This document shows positions 34,347-42,782 of a stretch of 64,000 nucleotides of DNA, piece by piece. Made by a program: the position numbers and the translations under genes. The stretch comes from a virus. How positions within the stretch are numbered: position 1 is the first letter of the stretch; each line of letters starts with the position of its first letter. The stretch lies in the IMG/VR virus record IMGVR_UViG_3300045988_162908. The stretch is one strand, 5' to 3'. The notes under the pieces were generated by a model. The model made no database searches and was not told the DNA's origin. It saw only the letters and a program-made list of their open reading frames with translations.

Positions 34347-35054
34347 ATGGGAACATATAGAAGAGTATTTATTCCTTCCAAATTTTCATCTGTTGAGAAT
34401 GCTAACAAAAAGCATAAGAGTAGAGTTTCAGCGTGCAGAAAGAACGGTGTAGTAAACGTTTGTGTCTTCGATGGTACCGCATCACTCCTGGGTAAGCTGA
34501 AGGCTTTCGTCGAAGAAAAGAAGGTAGATTATCATACCTTCGGTGATAACTACAACGGCTACGGCTACCAGGATCACTATCACGATTATTACCTGAATAC
34601 AAAGGACGGAAAAGCATTCATCGAAATGCTTGACGGGAAAAAGAAGGTCGTAAAGAAGGCGAAAACCTGGGAGGACGTTCGCGACGCATGGGCTCGCTCG
34701 CTGGTTAGAAAATCAGAGAATGCAGTTACCTTCGAAGAGGCGCAGCAGATGGCAGAGGAAAAGGTAGATTATAAGAACGACAGAATATCTGCGATGATCT
34801 CGCGCCAGTCTGAGCGAGGCGACAGCGTAAAGCGCGGCAAGCTCATTGCAAAGATGGAGCGTGAAAATCCTTTCCGTCCTATCCGAGATTACGACCACGC
34901 CCTGGCTATCATTGCAGCAAGCAAACGTCACAATAATACGGCCTACGATAGTCTCCTGAACGAGGCGCACGATATGGAGCGCTATGGCGATATTGAGCCA
35001 GGAACCGCAAAAGAGTGGGCACGTGAACAGATAAAGAGAACTAAGCAGTTATAA
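34347..35054 (+). CDS. hypothetical protein (235 aa)
   Basis: Motif-2 lies upstream. Confidence 0.65.
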   Translation: MGTYRRVFIPSKFSSVENANKKHKSRVSACRKNGVVNVCVFDGTASLLGKLKAFVEEKKVDYHTFGDNYNGYGYQDHYHDYYLNTKDGKAFIEMLDGKKKVVKKAKTWEDVRDAWARSLVRKSENAVTFEEAQQMAEEKVDYKNDRISAMISRQSERGDSVKRGKLIAKMERENPFRPIRDYDHALAIIAASKRHNNTAYDSLLNEAHDMERYGDIEPGTAKEWAREQIKRTKQL

Positions 35055-35061
35055 TTATTAC

Positions 35062-35097
35062 TAAGCCCTAAGCGCATCACGGTTAAGCGCAAATAAT
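35062..35097 (+). promoter_or_regulatory. motif-2 copy
   Basis: taagccctaagcgcatcacggttaagcgcaaataat|ATG. Confidence 0.75.
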
Positions 35098-35688
35098 ATG
35101 AAGAAGTTTTTTGTATATTTCGACAAGAAAGTTATTATTGACTCAGCAGAAAAAGCCGAGGAGTTTATTAACAGCCTGACTGACAAGAACGAGCCTGACG
35201 GCAGAAAGTTGGAGGTTAACGACAACGTTCATTCCCTTCTGAAGAAGATTTATCAGGACGAACAGGCGGGCAGAAAATTGCAGACTACAGGCTGTAGCCC
35301 ATCATCCTTCATCTATTGCTATCCTGCCCTTGCTGATACTCCAGAGGAGTGCGAGAAGGCTATCATAGCAAAAGAGGCAGCAGACCGCAAGCACAAGCAG
35401 GATGAGGAGATCCAGGAGAAGCAGCGTATCGCCCGTGAAATCAACGAGCGCCGCAAGGAACTGGCTGCGATGCCGAAAGGTTTCTTTACCGTCTGTCTTT
35501 GTGCAACCGTCAATTTTTCATATAAATATTATGAGTACGTAGGCTATGCCGAGAATGGCGAGGAGGCATATAAAATGGCAGTAGCGAAGCTACAGAAAGA
35601 TTTCGGTACCCACCTCTGGGATTACGATAACATCCTGGATGCAGAAATCATTCCTCGCCTTCTTGGTGATGAAGTTTATTCGTTATAG
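35098..35688 (+). CDS. hypothetical protein (196 aa)
   Basis: Motif-2 lies upstream. Confidence 0.65.
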   Translation: MKKFFVYFDKKVIIDSAEKAEEFINSLTDKNEPDGRKLEVNDNVHSLLKKIYQDEQAGRKLQTTGCSPSSFIYCYPALADTPEECEKAIIAKEAADRKHKQDEEIQEKQRIAREINERRKELAAMPKGFFTVCLCATVNFSYKYYEYVGYAENGEEAYKMAVAKLQKDFGTHLWDYDNILDAEIIPRLLGDEVYSL

Positions 35689-35723
35689 CATCGGATTTTT
35701 ATTACTGGTTTATAGATTATTTT

Positions 35724-35756
35724 CAGCCCTACGCATCACGGTCAAGCGGAACTAAT
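35724..35756 (+). promoter_or_regulatory. motif-2 copy (variant stem)
   Basis: cagccctacgcatcacggtcaagcggaactaat|ATG. Confidence 0.65.
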
Positions 35757-36353
35757 ATGGAAAGAAACGACATAGTAGTATTGGAGAATCTTCAGCAAGA
35801 AGATGATCAACCAAGATACCTTGTAGTATTAGCTAAGGAAATAGAAAATTATGCCGCAGACGGAAGCAGCTACGATTATTCCTTAGAGAACGGCGAGAGT
35901 GAGTGTGAGCATGATATGATGAAGGCTATAGAGAAGAAGTTCGGAATTAACACTGCCGAGCTGTCTCTATGTGGAGAAGACAACGAACTTGAAGCTTGTA
36001 TCGCTTCTGAAATTAGCGATGAGTTGCTTGCCGAGATAAACACTTTCGCTAAAAAATGGCGAGAGGAAAATGAATGGTTTGATAATCCGCTCTATTGGAA
36101 CTATTTTGATGGCTCAAACTGGAAGTCAGAGCTGTTACATAGTGAAGTAGAAGGTGTGAATGACAACCGTCAGTATGATTTGCTCGATAGCAATGGCGAG
36201 ACCGCAAAGGACGTTATTGCGGCATACGACAGAGCCGAGGACGTTCCAAGACAATGGGAAAACGGATATTCTACCTTCATTGATGAAGAAACCGGGTATG
36301 AGGTTAGATTCTCTCAATGGTACGGACACGCAAGTATGGCAGACGTTTATTAA
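35757..36353 (+). CDS. hypothetical strongly acidic protein (198 aa)
   Basis: Motif-2 lies upstream. D/E-rich throughout. Confidence 0.65.
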   Translation: MERNDIVVLENLQQEDDQPRYLVVLAKEIENYAADGSSYDYSLENGESECEHDMMKAIEKKFGINTAELSLCGEDNELEACIASEISDELLAEINTFAKKWREENEWFDNPLYWNYFDGSNWKSELLHSEVEGVNDNRQYDLLDSNGETAKDVIAAYDRAEDVPRQWENGYSTFIDEETGYEVRFSQWYGHASMADVY

Positions 36354-36365
36354 AATCATTATTAT

Positions 36366-36397
36366 CAGCCCTCGACATCACGGTTAAGTCAATAGGT
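36366..36397 (+). promoter_or_regulatory. motif-2 copy (variant stem)
   Basis: cagccctcgacatcacggttaagtcaataggt|ATG. Confidence 0.6.
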
Positions 36398-36985
36398 ATG
36401 GAGGTTTTTAATCTTGTTATAGAAGGGCAAAATAACCTTAAATGTTTATTAAGCGTAAAATTGCCCGTTGATGATCCTAAATATTCAAAGTTTGGGAAAG
36501 ACTTTTTTGATGATGAGTTTATAAATGATGAAGTCTTTAAATATTTCGATCGTTATTTTATGTATCTTTCAGATGAGTTTACTGCCTGGTATCAGCAAAA
36601 CGAAGAAGAAGCATGGTTTGACTTACGCTTAGGCGATGATGGCAAAATGTATGCGGTAGCAGGCGACTCAGAAGGTATTAAGTTCTTAAATGAGGTAATC
36701 TATATAACATTAGATTATCTCGATCATGAGATAAACTTTATGGGTAGCGAGAAAGATAGTAGTTATTGGTTTAGTTTTTGGATTGACCCAGATGGTGGCA
36801 TCCTAAAAGCTGCTGACCATTGTCGTTCTTTTGACTTTTATGACGACTTAAATGATGATGACGCATATTATCCGATGACAGAATATAGCTTCAAGGCAGC
36901 TCTCGATGATTTGATTGCACATAGCGACGACTATCAGAATCCTATCGAGGAGGAGGACGAAGAAGAGGAGGAAGAGGAAGAATAA
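36398..36985 (+). CDS. hypothetical acidic protein with poly-Glu tail (195 aa)
   Basis: The ATG after motif-2 is preferred to the tracked 36317 start. Ends IEEEDEEEEEEEE. Confidence 0.6.
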   Translation: MEVFNLVIEGQNNLKCLLSVKLPVDDPKYSKFGKDFFDDEFINDEVFKYFDRYFMYLSDEFTAWYQQNEEEAWFDLRLGDDGKMYAVAGDSEGIKFLNEVIYITLDYLDHEINFMGSEKDSSYWFSFWIDPDGGILKAADHCRSFDFYDDLNDDDAYYPMTEYSFKAALDDLIAHSDDYQNPIEEEDEEEEEEEE

Positions 36986-37157
36986 AAAAGCCCCGACCTA
37001 AGCCGGGGCACTGCGAGCCTTCTGGCTCGAATCTACTATAGTAGAAATTTGGCTCTTTAAGAGCGTTTGAATCCACAGACTTTTGAAAGTCTGACCGTCA
37101 ACGGAAGTTTTATTTTTCTTTCTATTCCATAAAGGTACGATTAAAAATCTTCCGAAG
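36986..37157 (-). ncRNA. candidate minus-strand multi-hairpin sRNA
   Basis: Minus-strand -7 box at 37164-37171. Six short hairpins lie in 36990-37104. gccccg-N8-cggggc is followed by a T-run only on the minus strand. No ORF. Confidence 0.35.
36990..37029. terminator. two adjacent hairpins after the poly-Glu gene
   Basis: gccccg..cggggc (36990-37009) and cgagcc-ttct-ggctcg (37014-37029). Confidence 0.55.
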
Positions 37158-37163
37158 ACGGTG

Positions 37164-37171
37164 CAAATTTA
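37164..37171 (-). promoter_or_regulatory. -7 box TAAATTTG on the minus strand
   Basis: caaattta on the + strand. Points toward the hairpin cluster. Confidence 0.35.
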
Positions 37172-37231
37172 AGAAATAAAACAATACGGTGTATCAATTT
37201 ACACGAATTATTAATATTAATTAAGATATTT

Positions 37232-37263
37232 CAGCCCTACCGCAGCACGGCGAAGCGGATTTT
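37232..37263 (+). promoter_or_regulatory. motif-2 copy (compensated stem CCGC/GCGG)
   Basis: cagccctaccgcagcacggcgaagcggatttt|ATG. Confidence 0.6.
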
Positions 37264-37737
37264 ATGGAGGATATGAAAAATCAGGCATCATCAACCGCCA
37301 CGAAAGATAGTATCAGCATCGCTCCCCGTGATGTGCTCCAGTGTTACGGCCTATTGGAGGCTCACCTGGATAATTTGAAGCCTGGCGAGTATTCCGTCTG
37401 CATCAATTACAAGAAAAAGGGTGTTGTAGAGCTGCGCAGGAACCCACGTCCTGCTGATCACCTGAACGTATTGGAGAAGGTAACGAAGGAGGAGAAGAAT
37501 ACCAAGGCAGCCCTGCATCGTTTTGCTGTCGAGGTTCGTAAGGCGTACCAGTCTGGTATCACCATCATCGGCAAGACTCATGCCCTGAAAAGTTTCGGAA
37601 AACGTATCGTAGATGCAGCGCTATGTATTAAGGAAGCCAACAACCAGTATTATTCCTGCGCTGCTCCTCGTCAGTACTACGATAAGAATGCGCTGGTATA
37701 TATGAAGCTGGAGCAGATAGAGAATGAAGATAAATAA
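37264..37737 (+). CDS. hypothetical protein (157 aa)
   Basis: Motif-2 variant lies upstream. Confidence 0.6.
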   Translation: MEDMKNQASSTATKDSISIAPRDVLQCYGLLEAHLDNLKPGEYSVCINYKKKGVVELRRNPRPADHLNVLEKVTKEEKNTKAALHRFAVEVRKAYQSGITIIGKTHALKSFGKRIVDAALCIKEANNQYYSCAAPRQYYDKNALVYMKLEQIENEDK

Positions 37738-37773
37738 AGTAATTATCGTAACTATTAAAATTCACTTGAAGTT

Positions 37774-38433
37774 ATGAAGAAAGATAGATTTGTTGTAAAA
37801 TCCAGCAAGACCGAATCTGTAGTATGGACGGTTGAAGATAATATGTCGGGCATAGGCATCACTTTCGTAGAAGGAGATTTGTTTGATACTTGTAGATATT
37901 TTTTCATCGACAAAGCAAAATGCAAGAATAAGAATATTGATGGCATCGTTGCAAATATCACTAAGTGGATAGGTGAGAACCACCTGGATTTAGCTGTATG
38001 TAACGTTTCTGCCCGATTTCGTGCTATCTGGCTGCTGAACGATTCCCACTGCCTGACAGTCATCACTGAGGCTATTAAGGGTATCTCTCCTAACGATGTG
38101 GATATGGCCAAAGCTTCTGATACTCTCTTTAACAAGGTTCACGATTACGTTCTTACGGGCGATGGCGAAAATGAGTTCTGTTCCGAGCAGGAGATTACCC
38201 GACTCCTTGGCGCGGTATCTATGCTATCAGATAAAGAGGCGATGGAGGTGTATTGTCTGGCTTCCGTCTTCTGGAATTACAAGGATAAGGCAGAAATAGA
38301 TATTGGCAATTATGCAGATGATCTTATTTGTTGGCCAGTCTATTTACCTCGTGAGCAACAAGCCGAGGCGATGGGCAATGATAGCAAGATTATCGAAGCT
38401 GAAGATTTTGAACTCGAAGAAGAGGAAAAATAG
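37774..38433 (+). CDS. hypothetical protein with acidic tail (219 aa)
   Basis: Co-oriented ORF ending EDFELEEEEK. The antisense 37755..38135 is treated as a shadow. Confidence 0.6.
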   Translation: MKKDRFVVKSSKTESVVWTVEDNMSGIGITFVEGDLFDTCRYFFIDKAKCKNKNIDGIVANITKWIGENHLDLAVCNVSARFRAIWLLNDSHCLTVITEAIKGISPNDVDMAKASDTLFNKVHDYVLTGDGENEFCSEQEITRLLGAVSMLSDKEAMEVYCLASVFWNYKDKAEIDIGNYADDLICWPVYLPREQQAEAMGNDSKIIEAEDFELEEEEK

Positions 38434-38513
38434 AACACGAAAAGGCTTTGGCCAAACTTCTATTTAGGAAAAATAGAACATTTATAGTAACTTTTTTAAA
38501 TCACAAAAATAAT

Positions 38514-38708
38514 ATGGCAACGATTACGATTGTAGATAATAAAGGCAGAAAAGGCAGACCTGCTGCTGAAGGCAAGAAACGACAGTATGTCATCCCTGAC
38601 GATGTGCATGAGTGGATCATGAGTCACGGAGGCAGCAAGTATATTGCTGATACTTTCCGAGCTATTAAGACTACGACCTTACAGGCGCAGGAGGACCCCT
38701 CGTTATAG
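38514..38708 (+). CDS. hypothetical small basic protein (64 aa)
   Basis: First ATG in ORF 38448..38708. Begins MATITIVDNKGRKGRPAAEGKKRQYVIPDD. Confidence 0.45.
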   Translation: MATITIVDNKGRKGRPAAEGKKRQYVIPDDVHEWIMSHGGSKYIADTFRAIKTTTLQAQEDPSL

Positions 38709-38773
38709 TGTCGGTGATTTTTCACCGATGCTGCGACAAAATTATAAACATCAATACTAAAATTTACAAGGCT

Positions 38774-39073
38774 ATGAATAAAGAAGAAATCGAAGAGATT
38801 GTTTGCAATAAGCTCGCAAACGATCTGAACTTTAACGAAATGCAGATTCGCCATGAAACCATCACGGATATTACAAACAAATGCGGTACCATACAACCTT
38901 GCATTATTGCGATGCAGCCGGTTGTAGATTGGTTTAACTCGAAAAAGCTCGAAACCAAACTGAGGAGAGAGCAAGAGCCTTATGTGGGTGTACTCCTCAA
39001 TCTGATTGCGTTTCTTGCTGCAAACGACATTGCAGGCTTGACGCAGAACTGGGTACTCAGTGATATGGAATAA
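38774..39073 (+). CDS. hypothetical protein (99 aa)
   Basis: First ATG in ORF 38708..39073. A competing antisense ORF exists at 38624..38974. Confidence 0.4.
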   Translation: MNKEEIEEIVCNKLANDLNFNEMQIRHETITDITNKCGTIQPCIIAMQPVVDWFNSKKLETKLRREQEPYVGVLLNLIAFLAANDIAGLTQNWVLSDME

Positions 39074-39112
39074 GAAACATCAATTTAAATACATTCAAAA
39101 GATTATAGCAAT

Positions 39113-39235
39113 ATGAAAAAAGCAATTACATATTCCCTTGCAGCCCTCGCCCTCGTAGGTGTAGCGGTACTGCTCTTCTCTACTATCGGTGTAGCAGTAT
39201 TCTTCCTGCCTCTTCTGGCTGGAGCATTCAAGTAA
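39113..39235 (+). CDS. possible 40-aa hydrophobic peptide
   Basis: MKKAITYSLAALALVGVAVLLFSTIGVAVFFLPLLAGAFK. Below the ORF-track cutoff; found by reading the sequence. Confidence 0.3.
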   Translation: MKKAITYSLAALALVGVAVLLFSTIGVAVFFLPLLAGAFK

Positions 39236-39370
39236 GACAGGGTTTCAAACTCTATCTTACTTGAATATAGTTTGAAGTAGCAGCGAAACTTCGCTGGGAA
39301 TCTAAAAAATACGTAGATACACACAATATTCCGGAATGGTATGCGTTATTATGGTATGCGAAGATAATCA

Positions 39371-39400
39371 CAGGAAGCGGCTATATACTGCTTCCTGTGA
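39371..39400. promoter_or_regulatory. perfect 10-bp-stem hairpin
   Basis: cacaggaagc-N10-gcttcctgtg, just upstream of the lipoprotein gene. Confidence 0.5.
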
Positions 39401-39441
39401 CAAAATATAAAACTAATAACATATTAAAGTCGAAAACTGAA

Positions 39442-40398
39442 ATGAAGAAGAAGAACTTTTTAGTGGCTGCTCTGATGATGGCAGCAAGCGTGATGTCCCT
39501 TACATCATGCAGCGAAAACGAAGTAATCAATCAGTCTGAAGAACAAGATCAGAGTGCAGACCATGGTAAGGTTGCGGTCAAGTTAGTCTGCTCCCCTACT
39601 CCATCGGTAACTTACACCCGTGCATCCATGACAGCGAATGGCAAGCAGCTCACGGATCTCTACATCCTTGACTACAACAAGGCAACCGGCAAACTGCTCC
39701 AGGTATTACACCAGACGAGCACGGCAGAAGACTTTGCCGAGCCTACGCTGAACCTCGATTACGGCAACCACATTTTCAAGGTGATTGCTACGAGAAGCGC
39801 ATCCCCTACCCTATTGGGTGAAGATGGCGCTTTATGGAACCTGCAGGAGAACACTGCTTTTGCGGTAGCCGATGATGGCAATGTGCCTGTAATATGGACG
39901 AGTGACAAGACCTCTGATAGTTTCGGAGCTTCGCAGGATGTCAATGTAGGCATAGGCAAGGACCAGACCATCCATATCCAGTTGGAGCGTATGGTAGCGA
40001 AATTGGTACTCAAGAATACGGGTACCTTTCCGGCTGATTGCAGCACCATCCAGTTGTCTCTCGACGAGTACAAGACCTGGAACTGGCAAAGCTTCTCCGT
40101 TATGGAAGCTGCAAAAAATCAGCGTATCTCTGACGCTTCGCAGTATGCTGGCCAAACGGGTAGTACTATTTCCTACTTCTTCCTGGCTCCTGATGGCGAT
40201 GGCTACACTACGGACATTTCTCTCCAGATGAACCGCAAGGATAGCAACGAGCCGTATGCTGCCTTCACCATCCCGAATGTGCGCCTCCAGCGTAACCGTA
40301 TCACTACCATAAGCGGTTCTTATTATGACCACCAGTCCGGCTTTTCCCTTACGGTAAATGATGCGTGGGAGGAAGAACAGAACAATGTAGAGTTTTGA
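39442..40398 (+). CDS. lipoprotein (fimbrillin-like fold is only a guess)
   Basis: MKKKNFLVAALMMAASVMSLTSC lipobox followed by acidic SENEV..SEEQDQ. The ATG at 39442 is preferred to the tracked 39397. Confidence 0.7.
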   Translation: MKKKNFLVAALMMAASVMSLTSCSENEVINQSEEQDQSADHGKVAVKLVCSPTPSVTYTRASMTANGKQLTDLYILDYNKATGKLLQVLHQTSTAEDFAEPTLNLDYGNHIFKVIATRSASPTLLGEDGALWNLQENTAFAVADDGNVPVIWTSDKTSDSFGASQDVNVGIGKDQTIHIQLERMVAKLVLKNTGTFPADCSTIQLSLDEYKTWNWQSFSVMEAAKNQRISDASQYAGQTGSTISYFFLAPDGDGYTTDISLQMNRKDSNEPYAAFTIPNVRLQRNRITTISGSYYDHQSGFSLTVNDAWEEEQNNVEF

Positions 40399-40454
40399 GT
40401 AAAGGTAAAAAGGTAAAAGAGTAAAAAGGTAAAAAGAGCATTCTTGCTTTTACC
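40399..40454 (+). repeat. GGTAAAAA-family array A6 with AGAGCATTCTTGCT core
   Basis: gtaaaggtaaaaaggtaaaagagtaaaaaggtaaaaagagcattcttgcttttacc. Confidence 0.85.
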
Positions 40455-40502
40455 GAGGATAAAGCGTGCGGATATGCTATTATGGAATTGCATATTCGCA
40501 CG

Positions 40503-40592
40503 TTTCCATTATACCATATTACCATAATCAAAGATTTCCATAACAACAGATTTCCATAATTCAACGTTCATGCAAGAGTATCATTCCATAAA
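40503..40592 (+). repeat. TTCCATAA direct repeats (centromere-like)
   Basis: gatttccataa at 40533-40543 and 40549-40559. Related copies at 40503-40513 and 40582-40592. Confidence 0.6.
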
Positions 40593-40633
40593 CCCACAAA
40601 CACACAAACGTGCATATATTTATGCGTTTATGG

Positions 40634-40673
40634 ATTTATGTATTTGTTGATTTCAATATACAAATACATAAAT
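40634..40673. repeat. 13-bp perfect inverted repeat
   Basis: atttatgtatttg (40634-40646) and caaatacataaat (40661-40673). Confidence 0.8.
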
Positions 40674-40838
40674 CAACGTAGAAACATACACACTCATACA
40701 TATAGAAATACATTCATACACCAACGAAGAAATAAACACATTAAGCAATAAAAGAATGAATAAATACACTAATACATATACAAATGAACTAATAAATGAA
40801 GAAATTTACGCATAAAAGCATTAAATATTTTAAATTTG

Positions 40839-40870
40839 TTTGGCGGTTTAAATTTAATTTCTTAAATTTG
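40839..40870 (+). promoter_or_regulatory. canonical Bacteroidota promoter upstream of parA
   Basis: TTTG 40839-40842, 20 nt spacer, TAAATTTG 40863-40870. acacaaacgtgcat occurs on both sides (40602-40615 and 40898-40911). Confidence 0.6.
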
Positions 40871-41034
40871 CAGTCATAAAAGCACAAAAACATAAAAACA
40901 CAAACGTGCATTTGTATATTTGTGTATTCATGCACTTATGTGTATGCAGATTAGTGGATGTGTGTATTCGTGTATTGTTTCCTGCATTGTCAGGCTAAAG
41001 AGAAGATAATAATAAATAACCAAAAATATAAGTT

Positions 41035-41910
41035 ATGGCAGAAACAAGATTGAAAGAAATCCTCGCCTTCGTAAATCACAAGGGAGGAGTTGGTAAGACA
41101 ACAACAGTTCAGAGTTTGGCAACAGGTCTTCGTCGTTACGGCAAAGGTCATTTCGGTTTGGGTAAAGATGGCAAGGAGCGCAAGCCTCGCATCCTGCTAA
41201 TTGACCTTGACCCCCAGTCAAGTCTCTCCTTCCTCTTTGGATGGAGTGAGGCAGAGAATGCCGGGCAGCCTACCGTATATGATGCGATGATACAGCAGTC
41301 TCGTTTGCCTGTCTATCAGGTAAGAGAGGGCATATATCTCGCTCCTGCATCTTACAGATTGATCAACATCGAGCCTTTCCTCAACCAGATGCCGGTACCA
41401 CGCAAGGCTTTGTTTAAGCTATTCAGTAAGCCGATGACGGAAGTTCGAGGCGACGAATTGACAACGGAAGGAGTTTCATCTATCCTGGAGGCTTTCGATT
41501 ACGTTCTGATAGACTGCCCCCCAGCGTTATCTCTGCTTACGCATAATGCCCTATCGGTTGCATCGGGCGTGGTAATACCTATCCAGCTCGAAATGCTGGC
41601 AACAAAAGGTATTGCTGAAATTCTGAATGCGGTGCAGGAAACTCGTGAAGACTTGAATCCTGATATTGATATTCGCGGTTTGTTCATGGTAATGAGCAAT
41701 GATCAGACAAGAGCCACTAAGCAGTTTAAGGAGTATCTGGGCAATAAGTTTGATGACTATATGTTTGATTCATACACTCGTCGAGATACGAAGATGGTGG
41801 AGGCACAAGCCCTCAATCAGGATATATTCTCTTATTCGCCTTATTGCAGGGTAGGACAAGACTATGAGAATTTTACGAAAGAGATATTGGCCAGTATGCC
41901 GAAAGATTAA
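41035..41910 (+). CDS. parA: ParA-family partition ATPase
   Basis: Deviant Walker A NHKGGVGKTTT. 291 aa. Has ..LIDCPPAL.. and the overall ParA/Soj layout. Confidence 0.9.
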   Translation: MAETRLKEILAFVNHKGGVGKTTTVQSLATGLRRYGKGHFGLGKDGKERKPRILLIDLDPQSSLSFLFGWSEAENAGQPTVYDAMIQQSRLPVYQVREGIYLAPASYRLINIEPFLNQMPVPRKALFKLFSKPMTEVRGDELTTEGVSSILEAFDYVLIDCPPALSLLTHNALSVASGVVIPIQLEMLATKGIAEILNAVQETREDLNPDIDIRGLFMVMSNDQTRATKQFKEYLGNKFDDYMFDSYTRRDTKMVEAQALNQDIFSYSPYCRVGQDYENFTKEILASMPKD

Positions 41911-41958
41911 GGCACCGGACGTTATAGATAATGTATCATTTTAAAAAGAAACATAGAT

Positions 41959-42366
41959 ATGGCAAGACAAGCATCGAATAATTTGAATAAGTTTAAAGGA
42001 CTGGAAGACTCTCCAGCCATCCAAGGTATAGAAAGAATTTATGAGGCTAACGAGGAAGCTCACCAAAAGCGAGTTGCCGAAGCTTTGGAACAACAGCAGA
42101 ACGGACAGGGTACCGCAGAGACGGACACTATGTCACAGACTGATGCACCTTCGCACTCTCCGGTCCCTCCTGTATCATCTGCCCCTATTTCTACTCCCGA
42201 ACCTGCTCCAGCGAAAAAAACTGGCAAGAAGACTCAGAACGGCATCACTATCTATGTGCCGATGAACTACTACATGCAGATATTACAGATGAAGATGGAG
42301 ACGGGTGTTCCTATTAAGGATATTGCCCTGCAAGCTGTCATCGAGTACCTGAATAGACATAAATAA
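41959..42366 (+). CDS. ribbon-helix-helix centromere-binding protein (ParG/CopG-like)
   Basis: Disordered P/S/T-rich N-terminus. C-terminal GITIYVPMNYYMQILQMKMETGVPIKDIALQAVIEYLNRH fits strand-helix-helix. Directly follows parA. Confidence 0.6.
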   Translation: MARQASNNLNKFKGLEDSPAIQGIERIYEANEEAHQKRVAEALEQQQNGQGTAETDTMSQTDAPSHSPVPPVSSAPISTPEPAPAKKTGKKTQNGITIYVPMNYYMQILQMKMETGVPIKDIALQAVIEYLNRHK

Positions 42367-42400
42367 AGGTAAAAGGGCAAAAGAGTAAAAAGGCTTTTGC
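42365..42400 (+). repeat. GGTAAAAA-family array A7
   Basis: aaaggtaaaagggcaaaagagtaaaaaggcttttgc. Confidence 0.75.
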
Positions 42401-42422
42401 TGGTAAATGAAAAGTCAGATTT
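42401..42422 (+). repeat. iteron, isolated forward copy
   Basis: tggtaaatgaaaagtcagattt. Confidence 0.8.
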
Positions 42423-42433
42423 CTACCTTCTGA

Positions 42434-42472
42434 GGTACCGAAAACTATACCCCTCGGCACTATTTCGGTACC
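42434..42472. repeat. 10-bp perfect inverted repeat in the origin region
   Basis: ggtaccgaaa-N19-tttcggtacc. Confidence 0.8.
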
Positions 42473-42528
42473 AACTCACTACATTTGTGGCTAAGTTTAG
42501 GCGAAATCCTACTAAATCATTTTACCTT

Positions 42529-42550
42529 CAATCTGACTTTTCGTTTACCA
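42529..42550 (-). repeat. iteron, inverted copy
   Basis: caatctgacttttcgtttacca is the exact reverse complement of the 22-mer. Confidence 0.85.
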
Positions 42551-42647
42551 AAAAATGAAAACTTTAAATAGAAAATTATAAGATTATAGATATTATATAT
42601 ATTAGGAAAATCTTAATAGTTTGGTTTTCAGACACTTACAAAGTTAC
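42551..42647. other. AT-rich stretch (candidate DNA-unwinding element)
   Basis: aaaaatgaaaactttaaatagaaaattataagattatagatattatatatattagg... lies between the inverted iteron and the iteron array. Confidence 0.5.
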
Positions 42648-42779
42648 TGGTAAACGAAAAGTCAGATTGTGGTAAACGAAAAGTCAGATTGTGGTAAATG
42701 AAAAGTCAGATTGTGGTAAACGAAAAGTCAGATTGTGGTAAACGAAAAGTCAGATTGTGGTAAACGAAAAGTCAGATTT
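42648..42779 (+). repeat. six tandem 22-bp iterons (origin of replication)
   Basis: tggtaaacgaaaagtcagattg x6, head to tail with no spacers (copy 3 has c->t). Ends 3 nt before the rep ATG. Confidence 0.9.
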
Positions 42780-42782
42780 GAT

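Noticed and set aside
42648-42779. Whether the 22-bp tandem repeats, or the GGTAAAAA arrays, could be a CRISPR array.
   Set aside because: The repeats are contiguous with no unique spacers and no cas genes. The position in front of an initiator gene fits iterons.
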